Shown piece by piece: positions 62,038 through 64,000 of a stretch of 64,000 nucleotides of DNA (position 1 is its first letter; each line of letters opens with the position of its first letter). This DNA comes from Laetmonice hystrix (Eukaryota). The stretch spans positions 4,774,001 to 4,838,000 of the forward strand of contig OZ249441.1 in NCBI GenBank assembly GCA_965235115.1, read 5' to 3'. Both the position numbers and the translations under genes were made by a program. The notes beneath the pieces were generated by a model, which was not told the DNA's origin, searched no databases, and saw nothing but the letters and a program-made list of their open reading frames with translations.

Positions 62038-63225
62038 ACGATACATGGGCTCAAGTTCAATCACGACTATTATCTACTAAAATGACACATTTTATTCAAA
62101 GAACTGTCATGAAAGAATTACAACTTGGCAGTATACCACTGACTAAACAATTACATCTAGTAGTCAATGAGTACGATTCAGCCTGGAGAGAAATCTCTAA
62201 GTCCATTTATTGCCACCAGATGGCGACTCTCGTGTCGTGATTTGTCCCAACTCGTTCTGACCTCGCTCTAAATTTAATTCCAAATTACAAAACACAGCGA
62301 TCATGACCACATGAAGACCCGAACAACAGGGCCTCAGCTCACCAAACTGCCACTTGTGTGAAAATAGTTTTCCTTTATACGTCTTATTTTTCCCCTCAAA
62401 GACTTTTATTTGACTTCAATCCTGCCACCCCTTTCAAACTTCCCAATATCACTGTGTAATACTATGAAGACTTATTATGACCCATATAAAAACAAGATTA
62501 GGAAAAACACACATGAAGAACCGTTATATTCATGATCTGTTAACAACAATTTATACCTAAGTAGACAGAGAAAATCTGGCTATGGAACATCTTATCTGAA
62601 TAACCCTTCAAACTTTACCCGGACTGTCAATTATAACAACTAACCCGTCACAGAGTAAAACTACTCGATATATTGTACTATAGTGATCCAGGTTATGAGG
62701 CAGGTCTTACTTACTAAACACACTTTCACGATGTGATATTATTCATAATTATCACACTTGCACAATTAAACATGACGTCAAAAACTTTCCACAAAGGTAA
62801 ATTAATTTCAAAGTAGTATTCATTAGCCTTAGGGGCAATGCAACGTCCAAAACAAGCACAAAGTGCAAATACCGACATTGGACAAGAAAATGTCCTCAAG
62901 GACAGTGTAGTTGTCACAGGTTGTAATCTGACCTTCTTGCTATATCCCATGCATGAAGATAAGGGCTAATATATCTTAAATCAACGACCTCCAGGAGTTG
63001 ACCTTTGGTCTCTCTCTAACCCAACTGCCATCAGTGTGCCAAAACCAACTAAATTGACACACTGTGACATTGGTAACAGTCTGCAGCTGGGAACCTTCGT
63101 ATATACAACTTAATTAAGTAAAAAAACATGATTTAAACAGCTGAAGAGAAAGAACACTGCTTCAAAGGGTCGCTATCTAAGGTTACCTCAGTTACGCCTG
63201 TTATGTTTAACAATTCAACTCCCCT

Positions 63226-64000
63226 TCATGGCTGGCAGAAATCATCTGTTGAACCACTGAAATCTGCACTATCGATCGAGTAGAAGGAGTTAGTATCATA
63301 TGAGGGGGCGTGGCCAGTCAGAAATGAATCCAGGTCTTCTGTTGAGGTGGTTTTGTTACAACATGTCCCTCCCTCGTGGTGGTGGCAGCCACACTCGGGG
63401 CCATTGGGACATTGCGTCGCCCCAGTTCCATCGCTGTGGGCAGGCTGGCCAAGATGCATACCAACAGGTCTGTCTTCGACGTTGGGTGATCGCAAAAGTT
63501 TCCGGTTAGACATCATTTCCTCATCTACTATGTGTGTAACTGCCAACTGCTGACCAAAGTGTACTCCCACCGGTCGGTCCTCTTGTTTAGGAGACATCCA
63601 CATTGAGCCGGAATCTCTCTCCCTTGGCTCATGCATACTTTTATTTTTTGGCGTCAACAACTGCGCTCTGTTTGAATCCAAACTGTACAACATGTGGGGC
63701 TCGATGTCTGAATGCCTTGCACGTTTAGCCTTGCTGTAATTCTCCGGAGTTGACGACGTCCAGGTCCGTCTCAAAGCTTTGGTTTTCCTCTCCTTCCAGG
63801 GACTGTCGACAAGGAAGATACTTCCTGCTGGCCTCACACTGGGGTCCCTACCTGGAGGACAGGCATTCAAGTGGGCTTTACTGGGAGCAAGTTCTTCCCC
63901 ATAGAAAAAACTTCCAGCTCTCTTCCAATCAACATGGGGCCTCTCGTTTTGAGCAAGTGACTGCGTGTGTGGATCTGTGCTAAACGTTCCTCCTGACTCT
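63226..64000 (-). CDS. Terminal exon of an unidentified protein, open beyond the window edge
   Basis: Frame is stop-free from 63999 to TGA at 63226-63228 (at least 257 codons), longer than the track ORF. Low complexity, two EDRPVG(V/M)H(F/L)GQ repeats, Cys/His cluster CPNGPECGCHHHEGGTCC. Confidence 0.55.
   Translation of the reverse strand, partial: ESGGTFSTDPHTQSLAQNERPHVDWKRAGSFFYGEELAPSKAHLNACPPGRDPSVRPAGSIFLVDSPWKERKTKALRRTWTSSTPENYSKAKRARHSDIEPHMLYSLDSNRAQLLTPKNKSMHEPRERDSGSMWMSPKQEDRPVGVHFGQQLAVTHIVDEEMMSNRKLLRSPNVEDRPVGMHLGQPAHSDGTGATQCPNGPECGCHHHEGGTCCNKTTSTEDLDSFLTGHAPSYDTNSFYSIDSADFSGSTDDFCQP

Noticed and set aside
61775-62240. ORFs spanning X runs
   Set aside because: Artefacts of the 209-N gap.

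Overview
Eukaryotic (animal, probably marine invertebrate; lophotrochozoan-like judging by SINE tail style, inference only) genomic window with GT-AG spliced genes, not a prokaryotic or CRISPR locus. Left to right: an orphan Ser-rich ORF starting MGCATS (+, 616-1914); two divergent head-to-head GH3-domain (GHDC-like) genes (-, 2834-6280 and +, 9024-14418); a 5'-truncated but stop-free APE-RT LINE (-, 15816-19318); a SPATS1-like gene (+, 20097-23814); WDR3/UTP12 (-, 24865-32655, 5'UTR exon near 34.7 kb); a TE- and minisatellite-rich intergenic block (33-44.4 kb) that includes a multi-layer nest of non-autonomous DNA transposons; the 3' part of a CD2AP/SH3KBP1 (cindr-like) adaptor gene (-, 45990-61007); a 209-N gap; and an open orphan terminal exon at the right edge (-, 63226-64000). 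Exon chains were assembled by hand with splice phases checked for GH3-1, GH3-2, SPATS1-like and CD2AP-like, and only partly for WDR3. The most unusual signals are (i) minisatellites that amplify real splice donors/acceptors about two dozen times, (ii) a MITE inserted twice at CG dinucleotides in inverted orientation, (iii) a minisatellite whose unit carries a CTCF-like motif next to the WDR3 promoter, (iv) the nested transposons, and (v) the GH3 pair with diverged catalytic motifs. No database searches were run; family names come from recognised motifs. I did not find a clearly new multi-gene system.
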